64,000 bases of DNA from a virus (Duplodnaviria; Caudoviricetes), in the IMG/VR virus record IMGVR_UViG_3300021185_003947; one strand, 5' to 3'. The notes below the pieces were generated by a model. That model searched no databases and was not told where the DNA came from. It saw nothing but the letters and a program-made list of their open reading frames with translations. How positions within the stretch are numbered: the first letter of the stretch is position 1; each line of letters opens with the position of its first letter. The translations under genes and the position numbers were made by a program. Of this stretch, positions 35,867 to 45,837 are shown one piece after another.

Positions 35867-36727
35867 TTAATAACTCTGTGAGAGCCTCCATTTTAAATAT
35901 TCTAAACTTTCAATAGGCTCATACTTATCATCTCTACCCATAAGATTCTTAACCATAGTGCCTGGAGTAGGATCAACAAAGTGCGGCATACTGTATCTAG
36001 TCTTATGTATATGGCTATTAACTACACGATGTTTAGTACTTTTAAAATAATCATTAGTCCATCGTTGTAATAGGTCGCCAATGTTTACAACAATACCATC
36101 ATCAGCATATGGTACTGCATGCCATGTGCCTTCAAGGTCTTGTACTTGTAATCCTGGAACATCATTGATTTGCCAAAGTAGTGTAATAGTTCCATAATCA
36201 CTATGTTCTCCTATTCGCATTTGACGATCTTCGAGTTTTCCCGTATAAGCTGGGTAGTGGATAACTCTAGTTGTATTAAAAGGTTTTATATGAGCATCAA
36301 CTAAAGTAGAACCACATTTTAAAATTTCGTCAAACATAGATAAAATTTTCAAAGTAAGCCTGTCAGCAATATCCACACTTTGAAGTGCATTTGCTTTAAA
36401 GCCATTTAATTCAGTGGGCCAAAGGTGATCTGGCATTCTTTGATTATTATAATTGAAACTTTCTTTCATATCCTTCGGAGCAGTGGGATCTACGTTTTCG
36501 TCTCCTACAATACTATATCCTAAATTAGTATCGCCCTCATATGGATATTTGTTCTTTATTTTTTGATCTAATTCGAAGAATGATTTCATTTCGTCAAACC
36601 AGCAATTCATATCAGTTTGGTCTTTTGTGTCAAGAGCATTTGTAAATACCGCAAAACCTACACTTGTATAAGCATCTTCTATATGTTGTAATGCATATGG
36701 GTTTTTCAAATCAATTACAGGTATCAT
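35867..36727 (-). CDS. 2OG-Fe(II) oxygenase, isopenicillin N synthase family
   Basis: RVIHYP...GEHSDYGTITLL...VNIGDLLQRWTND...STKHRV...RYSMPHF. Confidence 0.92.
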   Translation of the reverse strand: MIPVIDLKNPYALQHIEDAYTSVGFAVFTNALDTKDQTDMNCWFDEMKSFFELDQKIKNKYPYEGDTNLGYSIVGDENVDPTAPKDMKESFNYNNQRMPDHLWPTELNGFKANALQSVDIADRLTLKILSMFDEILKCGSTLVDAHIKPFNTTRVIHYPAYTGKLEDRQMRIGEHSDYGTITLLWQINDVPGLQVQDLEGTWHAVPYADDGIVVNIGDLLQRWTNDYFKSTKHRVVNSHIHKTRYSMPHFVDPTPGTMVKNLMGRDDKYEPIESLEYLKWRLSQSY

Positions 36728-36745
36728 ATATTTTCTCCAAAGTAA

Positions 36746-36765
36746 GGGAGACCCGAAGGCCTCCC
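36746..36765 (-). terminator. UUCG-tetraloop hairpin after the BMP gene
   Basis: GGGAGGCC-TTCG-GGTCTCCC followed by TTACTTT. Confidence 0.7.
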
Positions 36766-36774
36766 AAAATAATA

Positions 36775-37833
36775 TTAGTTAGGGAATCGAGCAGTAATTC
36801 CTTCAACATAATAATTCATACTATTTAGTTCAGCATCAGTAGCTACTTCACCAGCTTGAATACGAATTTCGCCTGCTTGATCTTTAATAGGACCAGTAAA
36901 TGCAAAATACTCACCATCGCTAATTTGTTGCATAACATCTGCAGCCATCGCTCGAACATTATCTGGCATATTAGTAAATGGTGCCATCATAACAACACCT
37001 TCATTCATATGACCAAAATAATCTTCGCTTTCCCACGTACCATCAATAACAGCTTGAACCTTACGAATATAGTAAGGTGACCAGTTATCAATAGTAGCAG
37101 TCAATTGCGCTTTAGGTGCAAACTTAATTTGGTCAGATGCTTGTCCAAAACCAAACTTACCTTGTTGCTCTGCGGCTTGCATAGGAGCCGGTGAATCAGT
37201 ATGTTGTGCAACCATATCACAACCTTGAGCCATTAGAACTTTGGCAGCATCTGATTCTTTTCCTGGATTATACCAAGTATTTACCCAAACAATATCCATC
37301 TCAACGTCAGGATTCATTCTACGAGCTCCCATGAAATATGTGTTAATTTCACGAATTACTTCTGGAATTGGATATGCACCAATATAACAAATCTTATTAG
37401 TCTTAGTCATCATTCCAGCAATAATGCCTTGAACATGTCTTGCTTGATATAGACGCAATCCATAGCTCGACATATTTTTAGATTGTTTGTATCCAGTTGC
37501 ATGCTCAAATTTTACATGTGGATAACGATTAGCCATTTTTAGTGTAGCTTCCATATATCCAAACGAAGTTGTAAAGATAATGTCTGCGCCTTGTAGGACC
37601 ATAGTATTAATTACTCTTTCGGCATCTGGTCCTTCACTCACACTTTCCACAAAAAATGTTTCGACTTGATCACCAAAATGATCTTGTACATCTTGTCTAC
37701 CAATGTCATGACGATATGTCCATCCATGATCGCCGGTTGGTCCGACATATACGAACCCTACTTTAACCTTATCCCCAGCCCATGCGCTTGTTGCTAGCAT
37801 GGCTGCTGCTACGATTGTTAAAAGTTTTTTCAT
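36775..37833 (-). CDS. BMP-family ABC transporter substrate-binding protein (purine nucleoside type)
   Basis: Signal peptide; KVGFVYVGPTGDHGWTYRHD...IFTTSFGY...FEHATGY...AQHTDS. Confidence 0.93.
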   Translation of the reverse strand: MKKLLTIVAAAMLATSAWAGDKVKVGFVYVGPTGDHGWTYRHDIGRQDVQDHFGDQVETFFVESVSEGPDAERVINTMVLQGADIIFTTSFGYMEATLKMANRYPHVKFEHATGYKQSKNMSSYGLRLYQARHVQGIIAGMMTKTNKICYIGAYPIPEVIREINTYFMGARRMNPDVEMDIVWVNTWYNPGKESDAAKVLMAQGCDMVAQHTDSPAPMQAAEQQGKFGFGQASDQIKFAPKAQLTATIDNWSPYYIRKVQAVIDGTWESEDYFGHMNEGVVMMAPFTNMPDNVRAMAADVMQQISDGEYFAFTGPIKDQAGEIRIQAGEVATDAELNSMNYYVEGITARFPN

Positions 37834-37859
37834 TTTTGTTTTTCTCTTTCTTTTTTAAA

Positions 37860-38558
37860 TTAATGTTGAGTGGTTGTACTAGTTAACCCTTGAACTCGTG
37901 TATAGAATGTTTTGCTAACGCCTAAATTATCTACTAATTGTTTACACATCAAAGCGTCATTTGGCCAAAGGCCGTATTTAAAGACGAGTTCTATCATTTT
38001 CTCAGCTCCAGATGGTTTAATTATATATGCTGAGTTTCCAGCCAGTCCTTGTGGAATATTGAACTCGTCGATAGTTGGAACTGGCTGTATGTCTTTTTTA
38101 TTCTTTTTTATAATATCATGAAATAATTGAGCGCGGCGAGTTGCACCAAGAGGATTATTAATACCTATTATATCATATTTTGAATCTAAAAGATACTGGT
38201 AATCTAACTTTTTCATAAAAAATGCGTCATGCTCTAAAACTATAATTGGTTCTTTCTTTTCAAAACATTCTGTCCATAAACGAAAATGTGATACAGCTGC
38301 CGCCATTCTTCTTTCTTTAATAGCTGTTGGATACGCTGATTTAACAAGACCGGTGGCTATACAACTAACTCTACCTTCCCATGGATAATTCCATACAAGA
38401 TCCCAATCAATTATTTCTTTTTTAACTGTACTTTCTGTTGATGCATTAAATCTTTTTACATTAAAGTCGTTTTTAGCATCTCTACAGCTTTGCCAACATG
38501 CATTAAATCCTTTTTCTGAAATTGGATTGTCTTTAACAGTAATGCAAAAAGCTTTCAT
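37860..38558 (-). CDS. Glycosyltransferase family 25
   Basis: AVSHFRLW...IVLEHDA...GNSAYIIKPSGA. Confidence 0.8.
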   Translation of the reverse strand: MKAFCITVKDNPISEKGFNACWQSCRDAKNDFNVKRFNASTESTVKKEIIDWDLVWNYPWEGRVSCIATGLVKSAYPTAIKERRMAAAVSHFRLWTECFEKKEPIIVLEHDAFFMKKLDYQYLLDSKYDIIGINNPLGATRRAQLFHDIIKKNKKDIQPVPTIDEFNIPQGLAGNSAYIIKPSGAEKMIELVFKYGLWPNDALMCKQLVDNLGVSKTFYTRVQGLTSTTTQH

Positions 38559-38575
38559 TTAATTACCTTTATGGG

Positions 38576-38604
38576 TTTACAATATTGCTTATATGTGGTA
38601 TAAT
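38576..38604 (+). promoter_or_regulatory. Consensus early promoter oriented antisense to the glycan cluster
   Basis: GTTTACA-17-TATAAT with TGTGG extended -10, on the + strand. Confidence 0.7.
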
Positions 38605-38634
38605 AAAGAGTATTCTTTAGTAGGGAGGATAGTA

Positions 38635-39591
38635 TCAGTTGACTTTGTAATAACCTTTGTACCAAGATACAAATTTCTCTACACCTTCAGCAATCGAAAC
38701 TTTAGGATGGTATCCTAGTTTTTGTAACTTAGTAGTATCAGACCATGTAGTTTGTGCATCAGCAGGATGCATTGGTACTAATTCGCGTATTGCTTTTCGA
38801 CTCAAATTCTTTTCTATCTCATCTACAAAGTCCATTAACATTACTTTCTCACCGCGGCCTATACAGTATATATCTTCTAATTTATCTGGAGTATTTTGTG
38901 CTGTCTGTAATAAAATATTAATACCATTTATAATGTCATCAATGTATGTAAAATCACGAACCATGTCACCATTATTAAATAATTGGATAGGATTACCAGC
39001 AATGATATTTTTTGTAAAGTCAAACAACGCCATATCGGGTCTTCCCCATGGTCCATAAACAGTAAAGAATCTTAAACCAACATTAATAGGAATCTTACTG
39101 CATTTGAATTGTGATTCGTTAGCGGCTTTTGATATAGCATATGGGTTTGACTGATGACCTAGTTTATAATCTTCATTCCATGGTAAAGGATTATTAGCCA
39201 TAATGCATGATGTTGATGCGTAAAATACTGTATTTATTTTATGTTCTTTACATGCACTAATTAAATTTTGAGTAGCAATAATATTATTATCCATATAAAG
39301 CTTCGGATGATCTAATGAATATCTAACTCCTGCGTACGCTGCTAAATGTATAACAACATCAACATCTTCTAATTTATTAAACCAATCTGACTTAAAAGCT
39401 AATACTGTCAAATCACCATAACTATTTTCAATTCCTAACTCATCAAGTTTTCCACTTCGAGCTCTTTTTAAAGCAACATCATAATAAGAATTATACGAGT
39501 CGATTCCTAATACATGATGGCCTTGAGAAAAAAGCTTTCTTGCAAGATGATAACCTATAAAACCTGATATGCCTGTAATAAATATTTTCAT
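38635..39591 (-). CDS. NAD-dependent UDP-glucuronate 4-epimerase-like SDR
   Basis: TGISGFIG...HLAAYAGVRYS...YAISK...RFFTVYGPWGRPDMA...RDFTYIDD. Confidence 0.92.
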   Translation of the reverse strand: MKIFITGISGFIGYHLARKLFSQGHHVLGIDSYNSYYDVALKRARSGKLDELGIENSYGDLTVLAFKSDWFNKLEDVDVVIHLAAYAGVRYSLDHPKLYMDNNIIATQNLISACKEHKINTVFYASTSCIMANNPLPWNEDYKLGHQSNPYAISKAANESQFKCSKIPINVGLRFFTVYGPWGRPDMALFDFTKNIIAGNPIQLFNNGDMVRDFTYIDDIINGINILLQTAQNTPDKLEDIYCIGRGEKVMLMDFVDEIEKNLSRKAIRELVPMHPADAQTTWSDTTKLQKLGYHPKVSIAEGVEKFVSWYKGYYKVN

Positions 39592-39594
39592 ATT

Positions 39595-40197
39595 TTATTT
39601 ACGTTCATTATGTGAGGGTAATCTTTTAACTCTTTTAATTACAGTATATCCAACTCGCTGAATATTATGATCAATTATTTGCCAATATTGGTATTTTGTA
39701 ATAAATTTTGCAATCTCTACTAAAAGCCCGTCTGAACCTGCGTAATTACATGTATCGTGAAATACTATATATTTTTTTACAGATGAGCCATGCATTTCTA
39801 ATTCTTTTGCCAGAACATTACCTTTATGTGTAGTATCAATATGTAATAAATCACAATCAGAAACAGATTCTGCTTCCATAGTATTTGCAATTTTAAATTC
39901 AAAATCAATATTATGCTTTTCAGCATAATCATAAAACAATTTAGAATATGGATTAAAATATTTTGGCATAATATCAATGCCAATAATTTTTTTAGGTTTT
40001 TCCATCATCATAGCTGCTAACGTTACACCTTGGCAAACACCTAACTCTTTTACTGTATCACATTTTTTAGTAAGTTCTTTTAAAGGTTTATGATGTGCAC
40101 AATATTCTGTAAAATGTGCAGTTTGCTGCATTGCTGTTAATTTATCATAAAATTCTGAAAGTGAATTAACTTCCTTTACTATGTCAGGCTTAATCAT
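39595..40197 (-). CDS. Class I SAM-dependent methyltransferase
   Basis: VKELGVCQGVT...IGIDI...LLHIDTTH...IVFHDT. Confidence 0.75.
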   Translation of the reverse strand: MIKPDIVKEVNSLSEFYDKLTAMQQTAHFTEYCAHHKPLKELTKKCDTVKELGVCQGVTLAAMMMEKPKKIIGIDIMPKYFNPYSKLFYDYAEKHNIDFEFKIANTMEAESVSDCDLLHIDTTHKGNVLAKELEMHGSSVKKYIVFHDTCNYAGSDGLLVEIAKFITKYQYWQIIDHNIQRVGYTVIKRVKRLPSHNERK

Positions 40198-40209
40198 AAT
40201 ATTCTCCTA

Positions 40210-40944
40210 TTATAGTCCATGGCTCATTCTTAAATTAGGCAATTTAAATGTAAAATTTTCAGGTAGTATATATTGTATGTTAACGGATTTAGTGTTTATA
40301 TAATAGTCAGATTGTTCCCATCCAAGATGTAAATGGGATAAAAGTCTTTTTGCTCCCTTTGGTGTCACTGCGTACGCAGCAGTTCCTGGCATCATTAATC
40401 CACCTTTAAAATTTATATTCTTAGTATATATTAACGGAGATTGAGTATAATTATTTAAACCAAATCCCCAGTCAATTGATTGAACTTGTGTTTGCAATCC
40501 TCTAAAAACTTTTTGATTAAATGCTGAAGTAATATTTAAAATAAGTAATTCATCAAATTCTAAATCATTCCAGTTTTGAATACAATAAGAATCATGCTCT
40601 AAAATTGATATAGGTTTTTCAAGTTCTACACATTTTTGCCATAATCTTACATGATTTAGAAAACATGATTTTTTAGTTTCATATCTTTGTGCAGTATCTA
40701 GACTATGACCATATGCTCTGCTATTTTCCATTGTTTGAAGATTATTTAATTTATCATCCCAATATTTAAGAGTAGATCTCTGTACACCTTCAAATAATTC
40801 TGCATCAAATCCACTATTTTTACACGATTTTAAACAGACGTTAGCATATTCTTCTGATTTAGCATTATCTTTTACATATATTATATACGATCTAATACTC
40901 ATTTTAAATTCTTTCTGCTCTAAATACGTGGCCAGTTCCATCAA
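40210..40944 (-). CDS. Glycosyltransferase family 25 (start likely MSIRSY)
   Basis: SCFLNHVRLWQKC...ILEHDS...AAYAVTPKGAKRL. Confidence 0.8.
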   Translation of the reverse strand: MMELATYLEQKEFKMSIRSYIIYVKDNAKSEEYANVCLKSCKNSGFDAELFEGVQRSTLKYWDDKLNNLQTMENSRAYGHSLDTAQRYETKKSCFLNHVRLWQKCVELEKPISILEHDSYCIQNWNDLEFDELLILNITSAFNQKVFRGLQTQVQSIDWGFGLNNYTQSPLIYTKNINFKGGLMMPGTAAYAVTPKGAKRLLSHLHLGWEQSDYYINTKSVNIQYILPENFTFKLPNLRMSHGL

Positions 40945-41491
40945 ATCCCATCCCGCTGACGGATTTTTTCCAAGTACATTTTAAACCAACTTTTTTCATC
41001 AGTGCTTCTAAATCACCTTCACTCAACGATAAAGGATCCCAGGCTCTTGAAGCTTGACCAGTCATATTTTCTATAAATATAGCTCCATTTTTATTCAACT
41101 GATTTTTCCAAGTTCCTAATGATTTAATTGGATCATAGCTATGATCAAAAGAATTACTATAAATTATGTCAAATTTATTTAAAAATTCTTTTTTTTCTTC
41201 ATGAAAATCGTGCTGAATTGTCATTGGAAAATCTTTAGCGGTATACGATATTTCAGTTCCAATAACATATGCATTTTCAAAAATCTCTTTAAAAAATTTT
41301 TGTTCTGCAGCGTTTCTAGTTCCATGACATAAAATGTTTTTAGCTATACCATATTGCATAGCGATTAATTCAATAGTATTTTTTTTTACCCAAACTTTGT
41401 TAATTTTTTTTACATTAGCATCAGTTTGAATTGATATATATTCTTCATAATTTTTGTATTTAAAAATTTTCATTATACGTTCTTCTCCCAT
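40904..41491 (-). CDS. SAM-dependent methyltransferase-like protein
   Basis: LCHGTRN...GTEIS...FDIIYSNSFDHSYDP. Confidence 0.65.
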   Translation of the reverse strand: MGEERIMKIFKYKNYEEYISIQTDANVKKINKVWVKKNTIELIAMQYGIAKNILCHGTRNAAEQKFFKEIFENAYVIGTEISYTAKDFPMTIQHDFHEEKKEFLNKFDIIYSNSFDHSYDPIKSLGTWKNQLNKNGAIFIENMTGQASRAWDPLSLSEGDLEALMKKVGLKCTWKKSVSGMGFDGTGHVFRAERI

Positions 41492-42216
41492 AAATAGTTC
41501 ATCTTAGTTCCACAATCAATAGCTCTATTGACATGAGTTGAAAACCATTTTCCGGTATAAACATGAATTTTATTATATGGCATATAAGCTGCGGCCATAT
41601 GCATCATTCCTGATTCTACTCCTACATGTAAAGCTGCTTTAGACAAATAACATCCTATTTGCTCTAAAGATTGTCTAGATCCAATTTCTATTATGTTGTA
41701 TCCTTTATCAGTGTAATATTTTTTTATAGTATTTACTTTTACTGAATCTATATTTCTTCCAGGATCATTAGAATCCCACTGCATAGTAATAAATTTTTCA
41801 GGAGTATTGTTTATATAATTGGATTTTAATAGAACCTTATTTTTAAAATAGCGTACTATATCTATATGCTCTCCTTCATAGTACCATAAATCTGCATCTA
41901 TATTATTATTATTAAGATATTTTAAAATATTTTCATCAGATGATACTGGAAAATCCCAGAACTGAAGATTAATTTTATCTGCAGGAAATAAATTATGTAC
42001 TTCACTCCATGAAGCCATTTGTTGCTTTGCTTTATGTTTTAAAGATTCGGCAGTATCACCTTGACATCGTCTGTTTATATGTAAAGTGACACTTGTATTA
42101 TTTTGTTCAGCATATTGGTATGCACAAAATAGCCCATGAACTTTATCTCCCAATGCTGAAAAATTAAAAGGTCTTTTTGCTTTCCTACTTATATTCCATA
42201 ATGCTAGATGTTTCAT
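41473..42216 (-). CDS. GT9-like glycosyltransferase (paralog 1)
   Basis: LGD N-terminal motif; AALHVGVESGMMHMAAA. Confidence 0.6.
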   Translation of the reverse strand: MKHLALWNISRKAKRPFNFSALGDKVHGLFCAYQYAEQNNTSVTLHINRRCQGDTAESLKHKAKQQMASWSEVHNLFPADKINLQFWDFPVSSDENILKYLNNNNIDADLWYYEGEHIDIVRYFKNKVLLKSNYINNTPEKFITMQWDSNDPGRNIDSVKVNTIKKYYTDKGYNIIEIGSRQSLEQIGCYLSKAALHVGVESGMMHMAAAYMPYNKIHVYTGKWFSTHVNRAIDCGTKMNYLWEKNV

Positions 42217-42992
42217 TCTACTAACTTTCTTAGTTCATCTACATTTTCACCGCGGTTAGGCAACTTGTCTTTTAAGAAAAAGTGCACAAAATGACATTCT
42301 TTAATTTTGGTATTAGCTGTAAACAAACCGTTCCATTTCCAATCCATATTTTTAACTGGCATTTTCTCTTCTTTTACCCAAGTATTTAGAAGTGTCTGAT
42401 CTGTTGACCACTTCCATGCACCCATGCCATCAACGAATGGTTTAAATTCTGGCCTACGAATAAATTGTAAAGGTGTTTCACCTCTCAAATATTTAGATAT
42501 TTTTTTATTCATTACCATCATTCCCATGTTAAAGAATTCAGCACCTAAATCATTCCATTTCCAATCTATACTTTTTAAATTTCCGTATTGCATCCTTGAA
42601 TAGTTTTGAATTTTACTTTTATAAGCTGAATTAAGTGGCATAGTTCTTTCCACAACACCACCAAAAGCGTATTCTTCACTTAAGTCTTCAAAAATATTTG
42701 GTGCATCAGGCCTGATCCATATGTCAGCATCGATAATGGCTACTTGATCATAATTTTTTAGATATGCAAATGCATTTTCTTTTTCATATATTGGTAAATA
42801 TCCACCATATTTTTCATACGATTCTTTACTTCTATTTGTCTGAAAAACATCAGGTTTAATCATTAGAATAGGAGTTTTCTGTACCTCGTGATCAATCCCA
42901 TATTTTTTACAATATGCTTTTACTGAAGCTACACAATGATCATATAGTTTAGATTTTTTACCAACATAAACTTGATATATTAATCTTTTCAC
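42213..42992 (-). CDS. GT-A glycosyltransferase (GT8/GT34-like)
   Basis: YEKENAF...AIIDADIW...FNMGMMV...DQTLLN...FVHF. Confidence 0.7.
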   Translation of the reverse strand: MKRLIYQVYVGKKSKLYDHCVASVKAYCKKYGIDHEVQKTPILMIKPDVFQTNRSKESYEKYGGYLPIYEKENAFAYLKNYDQVAIIDADIWIRPDAPNIFEDLSEEYAFGGVVERTMPLNSAYKSKIQNYSRMQYGNLKSIDWKWNDLGAEFFNMGMMVMNKKISKYLRGETPLQFIRRPEFKPFVDGMGAWKWSTDQTLLNTWVKEEKMPVKNMDWKWNGLFTANTKIKECHFVHFFLKDKLPNRGENVDELRKLVE

Positions 42993-43966
42993 TTGTCGTA
43001 CCTTTCCATATCTGCTTCCATCATCATATTTACCAAATCTTCAAAACTTGTTTTAGCTTTCCATCCCAGCTTTTCATTTGCTTTAGTTGGATCACCGAGT
43101 AAATTAGGTACTTCAGCCGGTCTCATAAATTTCGGATTCTGTTTTATATATCCATATTCTATAGGGTTAGTTACGCCAATATATTTAAACGCTATTTCAA
43201 TAAACTCACGAATGGTCCATGTATTACCAGTAGCAATAACATAATCATCTGGTTCTGATTGAAGCATCATCCACATTGCTTCTACATAATCACCCGCATA
43301 TCCCCAGTCTCTTTTTGCATCTAAATTACCTAGCTCAATACTATCTTGTAGACCATAATGAATACGTGCTATACCATCAGTAATCTTACGAGTGACAAAT
43401 TCTTTACCACGAATAGGACTTTCATGATTAAATAAAATTCCACAAGAAGTATGTAATCCAAAACTTTCTCTATAGTTTACCATCGTATTATGAGCAAATA
43501 CTTTAGCAGATCCATATGGCGATCTAGGTCTAAATGCTGTTAACTCGTTTTGAGTCATATCATCTTCCCAATTATTGCCAAACATTTCTGATGTAGATGC
43601 TTGATATATTTTAGCTTCAGGACAATATGTACGAACAGCTTCAAGTAAATACAGTGGTCCCATCGCATCGACATTCGCAGTATGAATAGGTTCTTGCCAA
43701 GACAATCCAACAAAACTCATTGCAGCAAGATTATAAATTTCATCTGGTTTACTTTTTTTAATAGCATACAATAGGCTTGAATGATCTGTCATATCACCAA
43801 AAATAATTTTTACTTGATCAGTAATACCAAGATAGTCTAAATTTTCATAAGTCTGATTTACTCTTCGAGATGCAAATCCATATACTTCATAATCTTTTGA
43901 CAGTAACAATTTTGCAAGGTACGCACCATCTTGACCAGTAATTCCTGTTATAAGAGCTTTTACCAT
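42989..43966 (-). CDS. gmd: GDP-mannose 4,6-dehydratase
   Basis: ALITGITGQDGAYLA...YNLAAMSFV...QASTSEMFG...PRSPYGSAK...NHESPIRGKEFVTRKIT. Confidence 0.97.
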   Translation of the reverse strand: MVKALITGITGQDGAYLAKLLLSKDYEVYGFASRRVNQTYENLDYLGITDQVKIIFGDMTDHSSLLYAIKKSKPDEIYNLAAMSFVGLSWQEPIHTANVDAMGPLYLLEAVRTYCPEAKIYQASTSEMFGNNWEDDMTQNELTAFRPRSPYGSAKVFAHNTMVNYRESFGLHTSCGILFNHESPIRGKEFVTRKITDGIARIHYGLQDSIELGNLDAKRDWGYAGDYVEAMWMMLQSEPDDYVIATGNTWTIREFIEIAFKYIGVTNPIEYGYIKQNPKFMRPAEVPNLLGDPTKANEKLGWKAKTSFEDLVNMMMEADMERYDK

Positions 43967-44772
43967 TTGAAATTTCCTAACATTATTTCTTTTCCATTTG
44001 CATTATTAGGGTTATCTAATTTAGTTGGAAATATAACATCGTCATCTGTAAATTTTACTAGATCGTTTCGTACATAAGAAACTTCAATAACTTCAGCACA
44101 GGTTTTTTCATTTATTAAAAATGACCTAGCATGGTTATTTCCATGAATATGATATGGAGTAAAATTTTCTCTCAGAGTCTTAAATGTATTAACAATTTTA
44201 TCATAGCCATCCGGATGTTTTACATCATTTGTTAACATATCACCCAACCAATGAAATTCAATAGTCATCTGTGAAAACTGGCATAACGTTTCCTGAGAAG
44301 AACTTGTAAAAATGTCCCACTCAGCTCCTTCAATATCACACTGTAATACCATATTTTTTACATCACTATGGCCATTATCTTTTATAATTTGTTCTATTGT
44401 TTTTAACTTATCTGTATTACTAGATCCTATACCGACTTTATGAAAAACCAAATTAGGATCATCACTATTATGGCGATCAATAGTGTGATCGTACATATGA
44501 ATCTTACAATTGTATTCTTTTGACATATGTGATTCCCATGACACATTTCTTCCAACGCCAAAAGAATATGCGGGGTTTGATGTATGAATATAATCATCAA
44601 TCATAATATATCCACCGTCGTATGGAGATCCAATTCTTTTTAATGTTACATTTTTAGGTTTTCTGGGATTTACATGACTAAGTGCTACAGCAAGTTTATC
44701 ATCATCTGCTAGCAACATTTTCAATTCTGATAACATAATATTACTCCATTGAGTGTGATTTGTATTCAACAA
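43960..44772 (-). CDS. FkbM/Methyltransf_22-like methyltransferase
   Basis: RIGSPYDGGY...SFGVG...LQCDIEGAEW...QMTIEFH. Confidence 0.8.
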   Translation of the reverse strand: MLNTNHTQWSNIMLSELKMLLADDDKLAVALSHVNPRKPKNVTLKRIGSPYDGGYIMIDDYIHTSNPAYSFGVGRNVSWESHMSKEYNCKIHMYDHTIDRHNSDDPNLVFHKVGIGSSNTDKLKTIEQIIKDNGHSDVKNMVLQCDIEGAEWDIFTSSSQETLCQFSQMTIEFHWLGDMLTNDVKHPDGYDKIVNTFKTLRENFTPYHIHGNNHARSFLINEKTCAEVIEVSYVRNDLVKFTDDDVIFPTKLDNPNNANGKEIMLGNFKW

Positions 44773-45106
44773 AATCTGAGTTAGTCAATTCATTAATTTT
44801 TCTTTTAACATCTGCTCTCATATCATTTAATATATATACTGATCGAGAGAGTTCAATAAATTTAGTTCCAAAATCTTTAACTTTTTCACATTGTCTTTTA
44901 CCGTCCTCAATGTCCCATAACTCACTATTAATAGTTAACAATATTCCAACAAGAGAATCTATTGTACTTGAGTTAGTCTCGTCTTGTTTAATACTTAATA
45001 ACATATCAAGTTCTTTACCATCACCTATTCCGTGAGCTTGTTTGATTTTTAGAATAGTAATCTTATCAAAATACTCGCCCATACTAATTTCTACATTTAC
45101 TTTCAT
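44741..45106 (-). CDS. Hypothetical protein of glycan loci
   Basis: ISMGEYFDKITILKIK...NSELWDIED...NDMRADVKRKIN. Confidence 0.65.
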   Translation of the reverse strand: MKVNVEISMGEYFDKITILKIKQAHGIGDGKELDMLLSIKQDETNSSTIDSLVGILLTINSELWDIEDGKRQCEKVKDFGTKFIELSRSVYILNDMRADVKRKINELTNSDFVEYKSHSME

Positions 45107-45834
45107 TTGTCCCTCGAATAATTTAAAACTGCCCCGGCCTTTAATACATTTTTTAAATGAATACTAGTGTTGATATGCATATAATTACTAGTGTATATAT
45201 GTATTTTATTAGATGGCATAACTATCTTTGCAAGATGCATAAATCCAGAATCAACTCCTATGTGTAATGCCGCTTTTGACATTATATATGCTATTTTATG
45301 TAAATCATTTCTTAATGTATCATTTTCGGCTTGCCCACCAACACCTACAACAGTATATCCTAAATTATTATAAAAATTAATAATTCGAATAATTTCATCG
45401 GTACTGCATCTTCTATTTCCAAATTCTGCATTAGAACGAATTGAGTTTAAATTAGGCCTTCCAGCATCCCATTGCATTGTTACAAATTTTTCTGGTAAAT
45501 CTGGAAAGTGCTTAGAATAATCTTTTACTTTAATTTTTGGAAAATCTTTATGGAACGATAATAAATCTTGGTATTCTTTATTTTCTTGGTTAATATTATA
45601 TCTATAATAGTTTATATAATTTAAATTATTCAAACTAGATGATAATTTAAGTGTCATTTTGATAGGCTCAAATAATGAACTAATTTCTTTCCAACCAATA
45701 AATTCTTTTTCTTTATGTATTGATACACAGTTATCATTTTCTCTTAATGCCATCATATTAGCTGTACACAGCCAATCTATTCTATCACCTAAAGCAATTC
45801 CTCTAAATGGCACATCTATTATAATATTTTGCAA
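45103..45834 (-). CDS. GT9-like glycosyltransferase (paralog 2)
   Basis: LHIGVDSGFMHLA. Confidence 0.6.
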   Translation of the reverse strand: MQNIIIDVPFRGIALGDRIDWLCTANMMALRENDNCVSIHKEKEFIGWKEISSLFEPIKMTLKLSSSLNNLNYINYYRYNINQENKEYQDLLSFHKDFPKIKVKDYSKHFPDLPEKFVTMQWDAGRPNLNSIRSNAEFGNRRCSTDEIIRIINFYNNLGYTVVGVGGQAENDTLRNDLHKIAYIMSKAALHIGVDSGFMHLAKIVMPSNKIHIYTSNYMHINTSIHLKNVLKAGAVLNYSRDK

Positions 45835-45837
45835 AGT

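Noticed and set aside
38657-39058. 133-aa + strand ORF downstream of the antisense promoter
   Set aside because: It is fully antisense to a well-conserved epimerase, and the SD-like GGGAGG is about 29 nt from its ATG; not accepted as a CDS without expression data
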